From Paraspadella gotoi (lineage: Eukaryota; Animalia; Chaetognatha): a stretch of 64,000 bases of DNA. Positions within the stretch are counted from its first letter, which is position 1. Each line of letters starts with the position of its first letter. The translations under genes were made by a program, and so were the position numbers. The stretch covers positions 18,036,087 to 18,100,086 of the forward strand of contig CM119266.1 in NCBI GenBank assembly GCA_051294375.1, read 5' to 3'. A model generated the notes under the pieces. The model did not search any database, was not told the DNA's origin, and saw nothing but the letters and a program-made list of their open reading frames with translations. Below are positions 36,601-50,466 of this stretch, in pieces.

Positions 36601-39600
36601 TCCTTCGTCTCCGTCATTTGGATTTAATTTTTTATTTAATTCTAATATTTTATTTTTAATACGAAATGGATTTCGATTTTGGAATTTGTTTAAAATATCG
36701 ACTAATGCTTGACAGTTGGCAATAGCGATGTTTTACGATTTCCGCCCTTTTCTTCCATTTTCTCATCCAGTCTCTCCCTCCCGTGACCGACTCAAACGCC
36801 GCCAACGACCCCGCTTCCGCCTCCGCAGCTCCGCCGACTAGAGCGCCGGGGCTGCATCGGGCGCCGATCGTCCGCTCCGAGTCAGACCTCTCCTCTGTTT
36901 GGGACTTCGACGTTTAAGGAGACGCCCGATGCCGCGCCGTCGTAAGAGTGGGCTTGGCTACGCGAAAGAAAAAACAAAGGCTTGCCACCACGACGTCAAG
37001 AAAAGAAGTCTCGGCGGTGCCAAAAAAGGCGGTCGCTTGGCGCTGCACATTCACCAGAGAAAAACTCAGCGATGGTCATCCATGAGATTTGGATTCGTGT
37101 TCTATTTTTAGATCGGACGAAAATCGTCCGCATGGGCCCTAATTAGCGAAACTTTTGTAAGTTCTTTATGCAATTGTTTAAATTTGTTTTTTGCTCCAGA
37201 TTTCTCCTCGAGTCAAACTTTTTTTGTTTTGTTGTTTTTTTTTTTTTTTTGTTTAAAAAGTCTTCGCCGGAAGAGATTTGACATTTGACCGTCATTTTTA
37301 GAATCGACTTTAACAAAGAGATCAGGTTTCGAAAAAGTTCACTTGCCCCTAAGCGCTTATCAGCTTAATCAAGTTGTCATTACTACGCTTAAAGTAATGC
37401 ATTCATTCTCTCCGCCTCCCTACCTTTTCCTCTTCGAGACTTATGTGTAAGCGAAAGATTTAATTTATTTGCGACTTGTCTTACGCGTTCCAATCCCTTT
37501 TCCCAATTCTGACCCCTCAGCACACCCATGGTCATTGGCCAATGGCCATACCCCGCCCTGTGTCCCACTCGAATCATTTTGCTAATTTGTTTTTATTTCT
37601 TTTCATTTTTTCTTCCTCTCAGTTTATATTTAATTCATTTCAGTACTCGCGGAGCAACTCACTTTTCGGTCAGTCTATCTGTCGGTCGGTATGTCTGTCC
37701 GTCGCTCTGTTATGTTAAAAATGCATATAATTTTCCTATAGTTGGTTGCTCAATGCTGATTTGTTAAGACAGAAAAAAAACTCAAATATAGGGACTGCTA
37801 GCGCCGCCTTCAGGAATGCCTTAAACTATAAGGAATAAAAGACGAAATTTTGATGCAGTGCATGTCATAAATACACGGGCTAAGAAAGTTTTTTAGTCAT
37901 GTCATATCATGTGATCAAAGGGAAATACACATTAATATAAAGTCACTGCGGCGCAACACATTGGAATTACCGTTCTTGTTAATATAATTCATCCTGACGA
38001 TGAATCAGCTTCGTCTACGATAAAATTTTCCCCTCGACTTTTGAGAGATCTGAATCTCCCTGACGAAAAAACCCTACTCGAGCCATCGTCGATTCGATGA
38101 CGAAGATAGGTCGAAAAATGAAGACTTTATCCAAACGACGAAAAACTATAAAAATTAACTATGAATGAATTATGAATAAACCTGAAGCTATGAATACTGA
38201 AAACTCTCGTAAAGACGGAAACGGTTGAATTAAAAAAATGACGGCCGTTTTGAAGAAACGTGTGACGGACTATGTTTACCGCCTTCGAACTGATAAATTC
38301 GAGCTTTAATTATATTTTCGTGCCTACATTCTCGCCCTTCCGCGCGTCCTTCCTCAGAACACACAGCCTTCCTAAGCAGCAAACTCAGCTTTCCGTACTG
38401 CCTACCGCACAGCCTTCCCAAGCAGCAAACGGCCTTCCGCACTGCCTTTGACCCACCTTTTTTCTTAGCACCAAACGCAGCCTTTCTCGCCTGAAGCGCA
38501 AACCGCCTTGACTTTTTCAAGGATCCTTTTTTTTTTCATCGAAAAGCGACTTTTAAAATTGTGATCTTTTGTTCGAATACCTTTGGACTTTCGTTATCAA
38601 GAGGAGCAATCGCCAAAAGATGGAAGGACATCAGGAGTGGAAGCATTGCTCCCTCTGGCTCATTCGCTGCGGCGTCTTGCCTCCGGATCACAAGGTAAAC
38701 GAGGTTTTTTTGAGCCCTTTGTCTTGTTTACAAGTTCGGTACAAGTCTAGTAATTATAGTAGTACTGTAGTAATTGTCTAATGGCTACCTATCATTTAAG
38801 TAAGTAGACAGGGATTCCATTCTCTGCGTTGCTATTACCAACTACTTCCACGTTCATTTTACTTCACATTTACAATATAATAATCTCAATCCCCTTGGTC
38901 AAGACGACCCACCCGGAGGCGACCGTATTCGACTTGGCTCAGAATCTCCGCGACGGCGTCCTCCTCTGCCATCTCCTTAACCTCCTTTCTCCCGGCGCCG
39001 TCGACGCCAAGGACATCTCCCAGCGCCCGCAGATGTCGCAGTTCCTCTGCCTTAAGAATCTCCGGACCTTTTTGCAGACCTGCGCCAACCGCTTCGGTCT
39101 GCAACGGGACTCCCTCTTCGATCCTTACAATCTCTTTGACCTCACGGATTTCGGAAGGTTGGTTCACTAAAATAAATTGTATTATGTATTATGTAATCTT
39201 TTAGTTAGTATTATTGATTATTAATTTTTTTGGCGCACATCGGTAATGAAAGGCGAGTCGTTTAAAAATTGAAATTAATGAAAGGTTCGAGTTTTCGAGT
39301 TTTGGTTTTTGCTTTCCCCGTCAAATGGGATGTTTGACGTCATCGTCGATTCGACGGATAGTTAACAGCGAGAAATTTATAAAAAAAGACAGAGCCTCTG
39401 TCAGAGGCAATGAAAAAATTCAATTCCAACTTCTCTTGTTAAAGCCGAGAAAAAAAATTGAGAATAGTTCCTTCTCTCCGCGTGACAGAGTCGTCTCTAC
39501 CTTGGCAAAACTCTCCAAGTCCCCGACGGCACTGAAGACGGTTTCCCCGGGATTTCCACCCGACTCCTTCCTCCCTGGATCCCGCTACGAAGAGGAAGAG

Positions 39601-41436
39601 ATCTACATGCACCTGGAGCACTTTGCCAACGAGAACTGCATCGAGGACAGTCAGCTTGACGACGTATACGACGTAGTCAACAAGGACGATCCCGAGGAAA
39701 TCTACGAGGAAATGTGCAAGACGAGTCGACCCAAGAAAGCCGCCTCCGAGTCGACGAGCCTTTCCTTTCCCTCCACCAAACGCGACTTTTGCGCGCAGGA
39801 GCTTCTTGAGACAGAGAAAAACTACGTCGAGGCTCTTAATATGGTGAGGAAGGCAAAAGTAGAGGCTGGAGAGTTGAGAATTTGTGACAAATGTGGCTTT
39901 TATGGGCGCTTGGCAATATTTGACATTTATGAGCATTGAGCAAAAGTGGACGCTTGTGGGCAATGTTGGGCAATTGTGAGCATTTTTGATTAATCGTAAG
40001 CATTTTTGGATAATTTTTGGTAATATTAGACACATTTGGGCATTATTGAACACTTGTTCTCAAATCTGCACGTTCTGAGATATGAGAAGAACAAGTACAT
40101 ACAATTACATAGTTGAACGATCTGTTCTTTCTGAAAGAAAGGACTTTTTTCCCCTCATGTAACCTCTATCACGTTTGCTCTTAAATTCTTTCCACTCCCC
40201 TTTGCTTCCCCTTCCCCCCCTCTTTTCCACTTCCAGGTCCACAAGAACTTCTTCCTTCCTCTTCGCGGTTTCATCACCAAAGAAGACCGCGAGAAAATCT
40301 TCGTCAACATCGACGAACTTCGCTGCCTCCACACGGAATTCCTCGATGATCTGCAGCGGGCGACGCCTGATCGCATCTCCGCCTGTTTCGAGAAGCACAA
40401 GGACGGATTCCTGGTCTACGGTCATTACTGTTCGTTGTTAACCAAAGCAAGGGATCACATTCAGTCGATCACTGGTGAGTGGTGAGGGAGGGACGCTGGT
40501 TTATTGTTTTGACTCACGTGCGTGGTCGAGAGACTAAGTTTCTTTATCTCCTCTTCTTGCATCTTCTCCTCTCCTTTCATCTTCTCCTCTCCTTTTCTCT
40601 CTTCATCTCTCCTCTTCTCTTTTTTTTTCGCGTCTTCTCTTATCCCTTTTATTAACTTTTTCTCTTCTCTTCTCTATTCTCTCATCACAGCCAAGAGCGA
40701 TCAGATCCGCGCCAAGATCTCCGAGTGCGAGAAGGAAGCGAAGAACGGGAAGTTCCGACTCCGCGACATCCTCTCCGTCCCGATGCAGCGGATCCTCAAG
40801 TATCCCCTGCTGCTGCGGGATTTGGCCAAGTACACTCCGGAGACTCACCCAGATCGAGACCGGCTGGGGGTCGCCTTGGAGACGATGCAGGTGAGGGTCT
40901 TGTTGGGTGTTTGGTAGGTGCTCGAGGGGGCGATGGGTGTGAAGGGGTAGTAAAGTTTTGTATAGCAACTTGTAAATTCGTCGGTGTCGAATCCTAACTT
41001 CTGATTAGATATGTCGCTCCGCGCTTAGAAGAAAAATCAGAAAGAACGAAGCGGTTTCTGATTTTGGTTCCTAGCACTTTTTGCACCAGTAGCGCAGTAA
41101 ATATTAGAAAACCATGGATGATTTCTGAAACTGCAGTGTTTGGGTTATCCAATGCTGCCGGAACAAAGAAAATCCATAAAGGTTTTGACTAAAAAATACT
41201 GAAAATAAACACGGTGCTTAGTCTGATATCAAAGAAAATCAATTTTTTTATTACCAATTAAGTCACTCGGCCGAAGTTAAAAATTTAAGTGGAACCAAAA
41301 AGAAAATTTAACGAACGCAGATTTGTTTTAAAAATTGGGCGTGAAATATGACCATTTTTTGTAGATTATTTTTCAATGCGTGAAACGATTGATTTGAAAT
41401 GTTGCATCAACAATATTGACATCATTTCCTATCAGT
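33695..41436. repeat. Direct duplication B, copy 2
   Basis: Begins inside the nested HINE sequence and ends GACATCATTTCCTATCAGT like copy 1. Confidence 0.92.
34328..36917 (+). pseudogene. Partial duplicate of STRAD exons 5-8
   Basis: Same exons as 26490-29105. This copy reads DLSSVWDFDV* in frame. Confidence 0.75.
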
Positions 41437-44400
41437 GAATGTAAAAATATTTAAAATAACATTATAAACGACCAGGTAACTTTCCTATCTACTCTGATAG
41501 CCAACGATTTTTTAATTGCCAATATTAACAATTTATCACGAAGCATATTTGTTACAATTCTCTGCTAAATACAAATGTAATTAAAGTAAACACTAAACAA
41601 TCCCTCCTCTTCTCTCTCAGGACGTAGCTCGCTACATCAACGAAGTGAAACGCGACAACGAGACGATCAATACGATCCTCGATATTCAACGCAGCATCAC
41701 CGACATCAACATGCCGCTCAACACTTACCTCACCGACTATGGGAAGCTGCAACGCGACGGCGTTCTGCGGGTCAAGGCTCATGAGGATCAGAACTCGCGG
41801 CAGCGGACCCGACACGTCTTTCTCTTCGACAAGGTGAGTTGTTACAGGAGAGTGGTCAGGTTGTTAAGGACATGATAATTGTTGTCTCAGCGTGAAATGA
41901 ACAAAATTCTGATAATTAGGTAAGTTCACAAGGAGGTGCGGTTATTTGATTTTGGCTATGGAGGATTCCTGTCATTGTTCCGATTCCCGCATCCTTAATA
42001 AAATCATGATGTTTGTTCTGGTTTAGTTAGGTTTTGACGTGCGAATAGTGGTTATTTTTTTTTTTTTTTTTCTGAAAAGAAAACAGAGCAAACAATAATT
42101 GCGGGAATGGTTGCAAAAACATCTTATGTCAACAATAAACGAGAACAAATAAGGGGAAGATAAAAATGAAAAAAGAAGAAGAGTCGGGAGACAAAGTCAA
42201 GCAACTCCGTCCACATGAGACGGCAACTCAATCACGGGACTTCGGGAAGCGAGCAGGTCCCCGTTCTCGCGCTGAAGGCAGACAGAGTCTCTCAAAAAAG
42301 TGCTTAGACGTTTTGCCGATATCTAAGCCTGCATTCGTTGCTTGGAGTTTGGCGAAATCTTTTAAGTTTGAGAAAGCATCCAGGTCCCATGCCCCGAAGG
42401 TAGTAACAACCAGAGGGATGAAGCCAACGTCGGCCGGCAGTTTGCCTTCGTACTTAGCATGTTTGGCCTGGCGAGCTCGTTCCAGGGCATAGGTGGGGTT
42501 GAGGATGGTATGACCAAAACAGTCCTGGCGAAGGGGAGAGGTGACAGTAACATCAAAGGCTGTGGTGGTCTTGTTCGAGACATCTTTTCCAACCACGGAT
42601 TGTGAAATCCCCAGGTCTAGAGGCATCATCCGCCAGGTTCCTTTCTTCTTTGGTGGGCGCAGGAGGGCTGCTGAAGCAGTCGAGACAATGGCATCCGAAG
42701 GAGGTTATGACGGCGAATTTTGTCTCCAGTAGAGGAGCAAGCTGAAATGGCGTGGTCTCCATAGATGTCGGAAGGTCTGTCACAGGATAAGCAGGGACCA
42801 GGAGCTGGAAAGATGGGAAGCCCCAAACGGTATTTGACAGCCATGATGAAAGATTTGGGGGTAGGCGCAAGCCAAGGGCAGGAGAAGGGATGACATTGAG
42901 GAAGTCTCCAGTTCTGGACAGGCAGCGGATTGGAGGACGGCTCGAAAACGCTCATCCAGGACCTTTGACTTGGAGTTTTTCAGCCTAGCTTCGTCCACAC
43001 GTCGGGAAAGGTATTTTTGGGTGATTGAGGCATCAAGCTGAGCAGGTGGAGGAGAGGAGGCTCCGGCGGAAAGGTTGGATAGGAGCTCTAAGGCCTGAGT
43101 GTGGTCTCGCTGACAGATGAGGGGCGAAACCAGTCGATCTACGAGTAACTTGGTCTGCAAGATGGAGGAGACAAAGGCCGGAGCGCTGTGGGCATGGGCG
43201 CTGCGTATTCCCAAGCCGCCCAGGGAGACGGGTAAGGAAGAAAGGTCCCATTGAGGATCTGAGAGTGAGAATGAGCATCCAAGGATGGAAGCGAGAGAGG
43301 AGCATTGGGATTCATCAAAAAGAATGGCGAGGTTGGAGCTAGGTGAGGAGCTACAGTTCTTAGGGTGTAAGAAAACTTTGGTGTTCCGAAGCAGCTGCGA
43401 AGCAGGGCATAAGCAACTTGGGGGTCACCCAAGGATTCAAGGTTGAACAAAAAGCCCGAGAGTTTTAGAACCCGCTCTTTGAGGGTAAGCTGACAGAAAG
43501 AGGCCGAACCAACGGGCGCGCCAAGAATGATGACCCCTTCATCCATGATCTCAGTGAGAGGCAGTTCCGAAGGAGGAAGAGAAGCGCGGATGTCGGGGGC
43601 CTCCAAAAGGTTGACTTAATGAGGTTTATGTGGAGACCAAGCTTTGGGGGCATCTTGCTGGAGCAACTGAAGGCTCGGGCTACATCAGTGGGCCCCCCAG
43701 AAAAAGGCCATCATCCAAATACCAGTTGTTTAGGAGAAGAGCTGGAACCTCAAGCCTGATCTTTTCAACCAAAGAATGAAGAGCTATGGAGAAGAGAAGG
43801 GGTCCGAGGGATCACCTTGTTGGACTCCAGCCAGACTGAGGATAATGTCGTCACCAAAGCGAAGGAGAGGGGCACTCCCATAACACCAATTGACAAAGGG
43901 GCTTAGGCTGGGAAGCCGTTTGCTGACTTCAAGGAGCATGATGGAACGGTCGATGCAATTGAAAGCATTGGAGAAATCCACCTGTAGCAGCCATTTAGAA
44001 TTGGAGGGTATGGAACTGTCTTCGAGTATGGCTTGGACTGCGTGAATCAGGGCTTCGGCCCCTCCTTTGGTCCTCACTCAAGCTGATGAGGCTCCAGGAA
44101 AGTTGCAGCCTGAGGCCCAACTGAAAAGGCCAAACACTTGGCAACAAGACGTCTGAGAACCTCACCTACGGCGATAGGACGGACAGATCCAGGAGATTTC
44201 TTGTTGATGGCGTGCAAAGTGGCCCCGCAGAAGAAAGGTGAAACATCGGGGGGAGTTTCCGGAAGCGATGACATTTAAGAGTCGGGTTAAGCTTGAGGTT
44301 GTCTTGGCTGCCTGAGAGGACTTTCCACAGAAGACTGCCTCCTTAATATGTGAAGCGCGAAGGCCTGATGGTCCAGGAGCGTGCCTTCCGGGAAAGAACG

Positions 44401-47400
44401 GAGGGCTGCAATCATTAGGTCTTCACTTATGACGAAAGGGGGGTCATCCTCTAAGGGAATGATGGGAAGGGGAACTTCGGGATGGAGCTTCCTTAGTTGG
44501 TCGAGCGCTTGTTTGGAGGGAGGTGCTGTGCCATGAGAGGCTAGCAACTTTGAGGCTTTAGCATATTGACCATCTTGCGCAGCCGAATGATGTGCTGATT
44601 CCTGGAAGGGGTTGAGGAGGAGGCGTTCTTCCGACGGGGATTACCCTTAAGAATATTTGGGCGGTCATTGCTCTCCCATTTGAGAAAGCGGTCTTTGACG
44701 AGGTTGACGGTTGATTTCCATGCTGTCTTCCACCTCTCGGGGGAGTCGATAAGGTTGCCTTAGGCAAGGCAAAGAGCCATTGAATGCCTTCTTTGTGTGA
44801 AGGGTCTTTTTTGAAGGGTCTATTTTGAAAATGACGATTGTGTACTTAATACTTACTATCTAGGTAAAAAGTATATAACATTTTTAGTGGAGGATATTTA
44901 TTCAAAAACCCGTTCGATTTTTAAAAAAATCAATATTTCAGAATCAACTTTAAATTTTTTTTTCAGTAGCTTCCTTCCATTTTTTTGTTGGTCAAATCGT
45001 TTAGAAGTTAAAAGCAAAAAAAATCATTACCTATAATAAAAAATAACGAAAAAAATTATATTTAATTTTTTATCATTTTTAGCATTAAATTATTTGTCAT
45101 TAGTTCAAATTAAATTAGTTATTTTTTTCTTTTTTTTTTAATTTGGAAATAACAAAGGCAGCGGACATCTCTTTGGTTCATAAAGGTGCCTTAGTAACTT
45201 TCAGAAAAGAAGGGAAAGATGTGTAATATCGGATGTGGAAAAACATTTTTTCACCATACTTTAATTCGCTGTATGAGAGCATGACCAGTCAAATTCAGAC
45301 AATAATCTATGCCGAGAATGAGAATGTTTTACCCATATTTTATATATTTTTTATTGAATAAATAAACTTTTCTACAATTATGTGATATACTCTTTTCCTA
45401 GATAGTAGTTTTTTCGCTTTCCCCATTTTCCAGGTGATGTTGATGTGCAAGCCTCACGGTGAAGAGTTCCGCTACAAACGCGCGCTCGATCTCGCCAAAT
45501 ACAAAGTGGAAGATCGACAGACGAGCGACGCCGGGAATTGGTGCCATCAATTCGTCCTCTCCGACATTAGCAACAATCACGGTTAGATGGAGCTGAGAGA
45601 TTTGATCGGTTTGAATTGTGATCTAATGTTGATTGTTGAAGACTATGCATGGAGCAGTTCACGGTCTGATTCGGACTGTAGTCCGGCACTACTAGTTGCT
45701 TAGACTCCCCGACGTTCTTTCCAACTTTCTTGTATGTATTTGCGCTAACCCAAATCCTTTGGGTTGGGAGTAGTCCGTGCAAAGGCGTCATACTCCTCGT
45801 GGCGTGATTCCTATGAGGCGCCCGATGAGCCTTGTCTTTTCACAGTAGGCAGGGCGCAGAGGTTTAATGACATGCCTGCGTCTCCGTTTAGGTTCACCAC
45901 TGAAAAAGATGATTCCCCCCCCACCCTTTTACAGCCTACACCTGCTACGCGAAAACGAAGGAGATGAAGAAGAAATGGGTGGAGGCGATTCGTCTCTCCC
46001 TCGAGAACACCATCCCTCCTCACAGTCGGACTGCCACTCACGAGTTCACGCTGCAGACTTTTCCCGAACCCACCTACTGCGGCGTCTGTGGAAAGCTGCT
46101 CTACGGAATCTTCTTTCAGGGTTATAGGTGAGGAGAACTCGAACAGATTTGTAGAACGATTTATGGACTAAGTAAAAATTAAGATGAATCTAAGTGACAT
46201 ATTGCAGTTATTTTTATATTAATTTTTTTTCTGGAATTAAAGGAATTCATTGATCAATATAAGTTACGGATCAAAAATCCTTTTCTCTTAGTCGAGAAAT
46301 TTTGAAATTTTATATATACTTTTATGTGAGTGTTATAAATGAAATTATAAATGTTATAAATGAATAAAAGTTATAAATGTTTATAAATTTTTTTTTTCTT
46401 GCGTTTTTGTTGATTGATTTAACATATTTTTAAAAGAATATTTTCAACTGTCATTCATCGTCTTTCGAATCCACGACTCCAGATGCAACCGGACAGACAC
46501 CAACGCCCACAAGGACTGTATCGCCCGCTGTACCCTTTCCGCCGAAGCCGCGTCGTCTGCAGCGTCCTGCCGCGGTCGACGCCGCTCGAGCGTCGAAGCG
46601 GCGCCGCTTTTTCGCGCCCGCGCTGTCACCGCTTATTCGGGCGATCCGACGCCGGGTTCCGAGTTCGAGGTTCTCGTCTTCGGCGTCGACGAACTCATCG
46701 ACGTCTTCGCCAAATGTGATCACTTTTGGTGGCAAGGCCGCCTCGCCCGCCCGCCAGCTCTCCCTCGCCCACTCGTCGCCCTTCAAGACCGACACTCTTC
46801 GCCGCTCCCGCCGCCGGCCCGCCTTGCCCTCTTCCCCGCCCATTTCGTCAAGGAACTTCCGGCGCCGGATCAGCGGTCCGTCCTCGACGCTGTGGCAGCA
46901 ATTTCCGCAGCGTCGACCACGCCCACTGACTCTGCCCGTCCTGTTCTCTCGGCCCGATCCTCCCTGAGCCCGACGGGCGCCGCCAACGGGTTCCCGGGGC
47001 CGGCACGGTTCTCAGGGCACGCACTGGCGCCCAGTCAGAGATTAAATATCCTCGGTGGCGACGCGGGGCTTTGCGGAGTTAACGGCGCTGGCCTTTACGG
47101 CGTCGACGGCGCTAGAAAGGTTGAATCGGATCTGGCGCCGTTTCCTTGGTTTGTCCAACAGATGGAGAGACAACAGGCAGAGGACGCGTTGAGGTCGGCG
47201 GAGGAAGGGACGTTTATGATCAGGGAGAGTCCGAGGACGGGAGGTAAGCAAAAGATGGTGTGGAAGGGTAAGTTACGGGTAAGTTGAAAGTTGAAAAAAA
47301 ATAATATAACAATATATACATATATATAAATTAACAATAATGTGAATAGTCCTCTTGATCAAAAAGAGGCGAAAACAGTTGGAGACAACCTTTTTTGGAA

Positions 47401-48376
47401 ATATTTGTAATTTTTTATGCATCAAATAATTTTATGCTGTTGAGAAACAATCTTTTTATTCAGTCCTAAGGACTTTTATGAACCGCGACAATTTTTTTTC
47501 ATGGTAATATTTTTTGATTTTATGTTAAAATCATACGTGATATATTGATAAAATAAAGACTAACCTTTCCCCGACCAGGCTTCGCCCTCTCTCTCGTGTT
47601 CGAAGGCGACGTGAAACACATCAAGATCCAAACCTCTTCCTCCTGCTCTTCCTCCTCCGCTTCCTCCATTTTCTTCCTCGCCGACATTAAATTCTTCTCC
47701 TCGATTCCTTCGCTCGTCGACTTTTACTCTCAAACTTCGCTCGTCGGTTGTTTCCCCGGCCTCGATACAGTATTGAAGCATCCCTTTCATCAAAGGTTGA
47801 AATAATGAAGCATTTTTTATTGGCAGAAGAGAGTTGAAGCAGTATAGGGATTTTAGTAGCAGTCTTTTAATCTGCTGAAATTTAAGAATATATGCGGATT
47901 GCTTTATTCACATTAAGTAAAAACGGCAAGTACCTTTTACCTGTTTTTTTGACTTTGTTGTTGATTCCAGGCCTTCTAGCACCTCGCCCAAAGCCTCTCT
48001 CCCGATTCTCAGTTACGCCATCGCTATCTTTGATTTCATCCCCACGGATTCGAATCAGGTCGATCCCTTTTTTTAAGATTCCATGCGACTTCATGCAATT
48101 TGTTGCTTCAATTTTCAAATTTTAACTTTTGCCCCGATTTGGATTCTTTCCTTTCTTTTTCAGGTGGCGCTTCGTCGCGGAGACCGACTGGCGATCGTTT
48201 CCAAAGCCGGCGGTGACCGCGGATGGTGGAAAGGCCAAGTCCAGGCCGTTTCTAAGAAAATCGGTTATTTCCCTAAAAACTACGTTAAAGAGGAAGTTTC
48301 CTCTCTCGCCGCTGCCGCCGCCGCTGCATCCGCTTCCTCTTCAGTCATTCAGTCCGCCGCCAAATTGACTGCCTGA
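38620..48376 (+). CDS. VAV: Vav-family Rho/Rac GEF; exons ~38620-38694, 38904-39157, 39489-39843, 40237-40474, 40691-40890, 41621-41833, 45434-45581, 45934-46126, 46483-47243, 47579-47795, 47971-48058, 48164-48376
   Basis: [37 protein letters not shown] and [11 protein letters not shown] (CH); EEEIY/DDVY/EEIY (acidic); ELLETEKNY and [15 protein letters not shown] (DH); [16 protein letters not shown] and KKKWVEAI (PH); C1; WWQG SH3; [11 protein letters not shown] and VKHIKI (SH2); [14 protein letters not shown] (SH3). Confidence 0.96.
42055..44800 (-). mobile_element. 5'-truncated non-LTR retrotransposon with RT and restriction-like endonuclease (CRE-like), antisense in a Vav intron
   Basis: [48 protein letters not shown]......DHA..C zinc knuckle, [29 protein letters not shown]. 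Poly(A) seen as a T-run at 42055-42071. Many frameshifts. Confidence 0.9.
45638..45800 (-). mobile_element. Diverged tRNA-derived SINE copy
   Basis: GAGCAGTTCA, CGGACTGTAGTCCG, AGACTCCCCG and TCCTTTGGGTTGGGAG shared with 18608-18804. Confidence 0.6.
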
Positions 48377-50466
48377 CTTTTTTTGTGGAAAGGATTTTTT
48401 ATTTTTAAACCTTTTTTCACGGGCTTGAATGATTGTGCGCTCTCTCGGTTGTTTTGTCTTCAATCTAAATTCTAAAACCCGCAGCATTTATCTTCTCATG
48501 ATTTCTTGGTTCGTTATCGGTATTAATGACGTTTCCGTAGTAAAGCCTCCAACCTTTTTAAAGCCCTTCAGAATGTACAGTTGGGGACGTATAAATAACG
48601 AGAAATGTACGAGTCGATAGATTCTTTAAATCTCGATACTACAATTTAGTATCACATCATCCGTGTTTATTTCAGAATAGTTTTCAAGTTACTTTCCCGC
48701 TTATTCAAGGTTTTGTTGTGACTGGTTTTTATTTTTTTAGCTTAATGCATATTAGATGCATTACAATTAATATTACTTTTGCATAATGATTATTCTGGTC
48801 TGAAGATTGCGTCCTGACAATGTACTCATACAGATATATTTTCATTTCTCATCAGGCTCGTATTATGAAGTCATCGTTACCTCTAGTCATTTAGTGTTTC
48901 TCTTTCTCCCGTCTGACCTTCATATCATCCCTTAAATAAAAAGTTGCGCCTTTCTCCTTATTAAGGCGATGGTGCTATTTGATCGACCGGCCCCTTAAAC
49001 TGCTTTTTTTTTACCTTTTGCAGCATTCTGTTTCACGTGCGGTACGATGACTAGTCGAAATGCATGATTATCCTTATTACTGTTACTAGTTAAAGTTGTA
49101 ACTACGTATATTGTTAAGAAGCATCGTTAGTTGTTTTTTACTCGTTGATAACAGTTGGTCCATTTTGCCGCATGAATCGTTTTAATGTTAAAAAAAGAAA
49201 TCAATCTTTTTACTTTAGGACGGCCCACGTCTTCTTCCCCGATACATTGAAAGCTTGTCGAAGTTTTTGTATTTGTTTCGCGATTTTACTATACGATTTT
49301 TTCAAAAGTAAAATTGAGTTGTTGCTTTTCCTTTAACTACTAGTTTGAAAACCAAAATTTACAGTATACAGTGTTTACAATCAGTATACGTAATGAATTC
49401 GCCGCTTGGGGATATTTTTTGATGTCCCGTTCGTGTCTCTCTCAAATCTCTACCATATCATACAAAAAGCAATAAAACTAGTTGATAGATCTGCTACTAA
49501 TGTCTTCAATGCATAATGTTTTAAATAAATGTATCTTTTTCGGAGAGAAACTTTAAAAACTTCTCAATCGATTAGTTGTCATCGTTTCTCGCGACGAAGT
49601 TCGTTTTTACGATTTATATATTTAATCATTTATTATAGTTTTATTCATCTCGGCCGAACTGGGTCTTGAATTCGCTTGGCGCATGTCACGCTATCAAATC
49701 TCATTGTTGATCTTATCTTTTTTGTTTTATTTGGTAAAAAATCGTACTGGGTGTTTAATTTAGAACATATTCAAAGGTTCTCAGCACGAACAGTATTGGA
49801 TAAAAGAAAATTGGTTTAAACTGTTTGGACAATCAATAAAAATATATTATGAGAACGGCAGGAGAAAAAATTTTGCGTAAATTATTACCTTAACATTTTG
49901 TTTTTTAGTCAAATTAAAGGCAGCAATCTAAATTGGACGCCCTTATCGGTTTTAGAATTTCATCCCAAGTAATGATTACTATCCGATGCGTAGATAATAA
50001 TTAAGAGTCATCGTTATTTCTCTTAACGCAGCCTTTTCTTATCATTTGTATTATTATTACGAAACTGCATCCCGACATCTGTGCCTCTTTGGCCTTCTGA
50101 CCCGATAGTTTTTTCTTTTTCAGTACTAAAAAAGTCGCTTAATAAGTTCATAAATAAATTAAGATCTTTTGTTTGAGAAGAGACAGAAATCTCTGTCGTC
50201 GTCGGCGGCGGCGTTACTGTCGTCTTCTCTTTCGCTTCGAGGCTTCGCGTCGTCATTTTGGAGAAAAGATTCTTCTTTCTTTTCAGGTTTGTCAACGTGA
50301 AAAATCAAATTGTAACACAAACCTCGTTGCTTTTAACAGTTTCATTGGCCAAAATCGTAGACATTTAAAAATAGCAAAGGTGATTTTTGGTCTGGATTTA
50401 ACCCTGGATTTGTTTTTCCTCGTTTCAGGTTCCGCTCTAAACTTCGCCGACGAAAGAAACGAAAAA

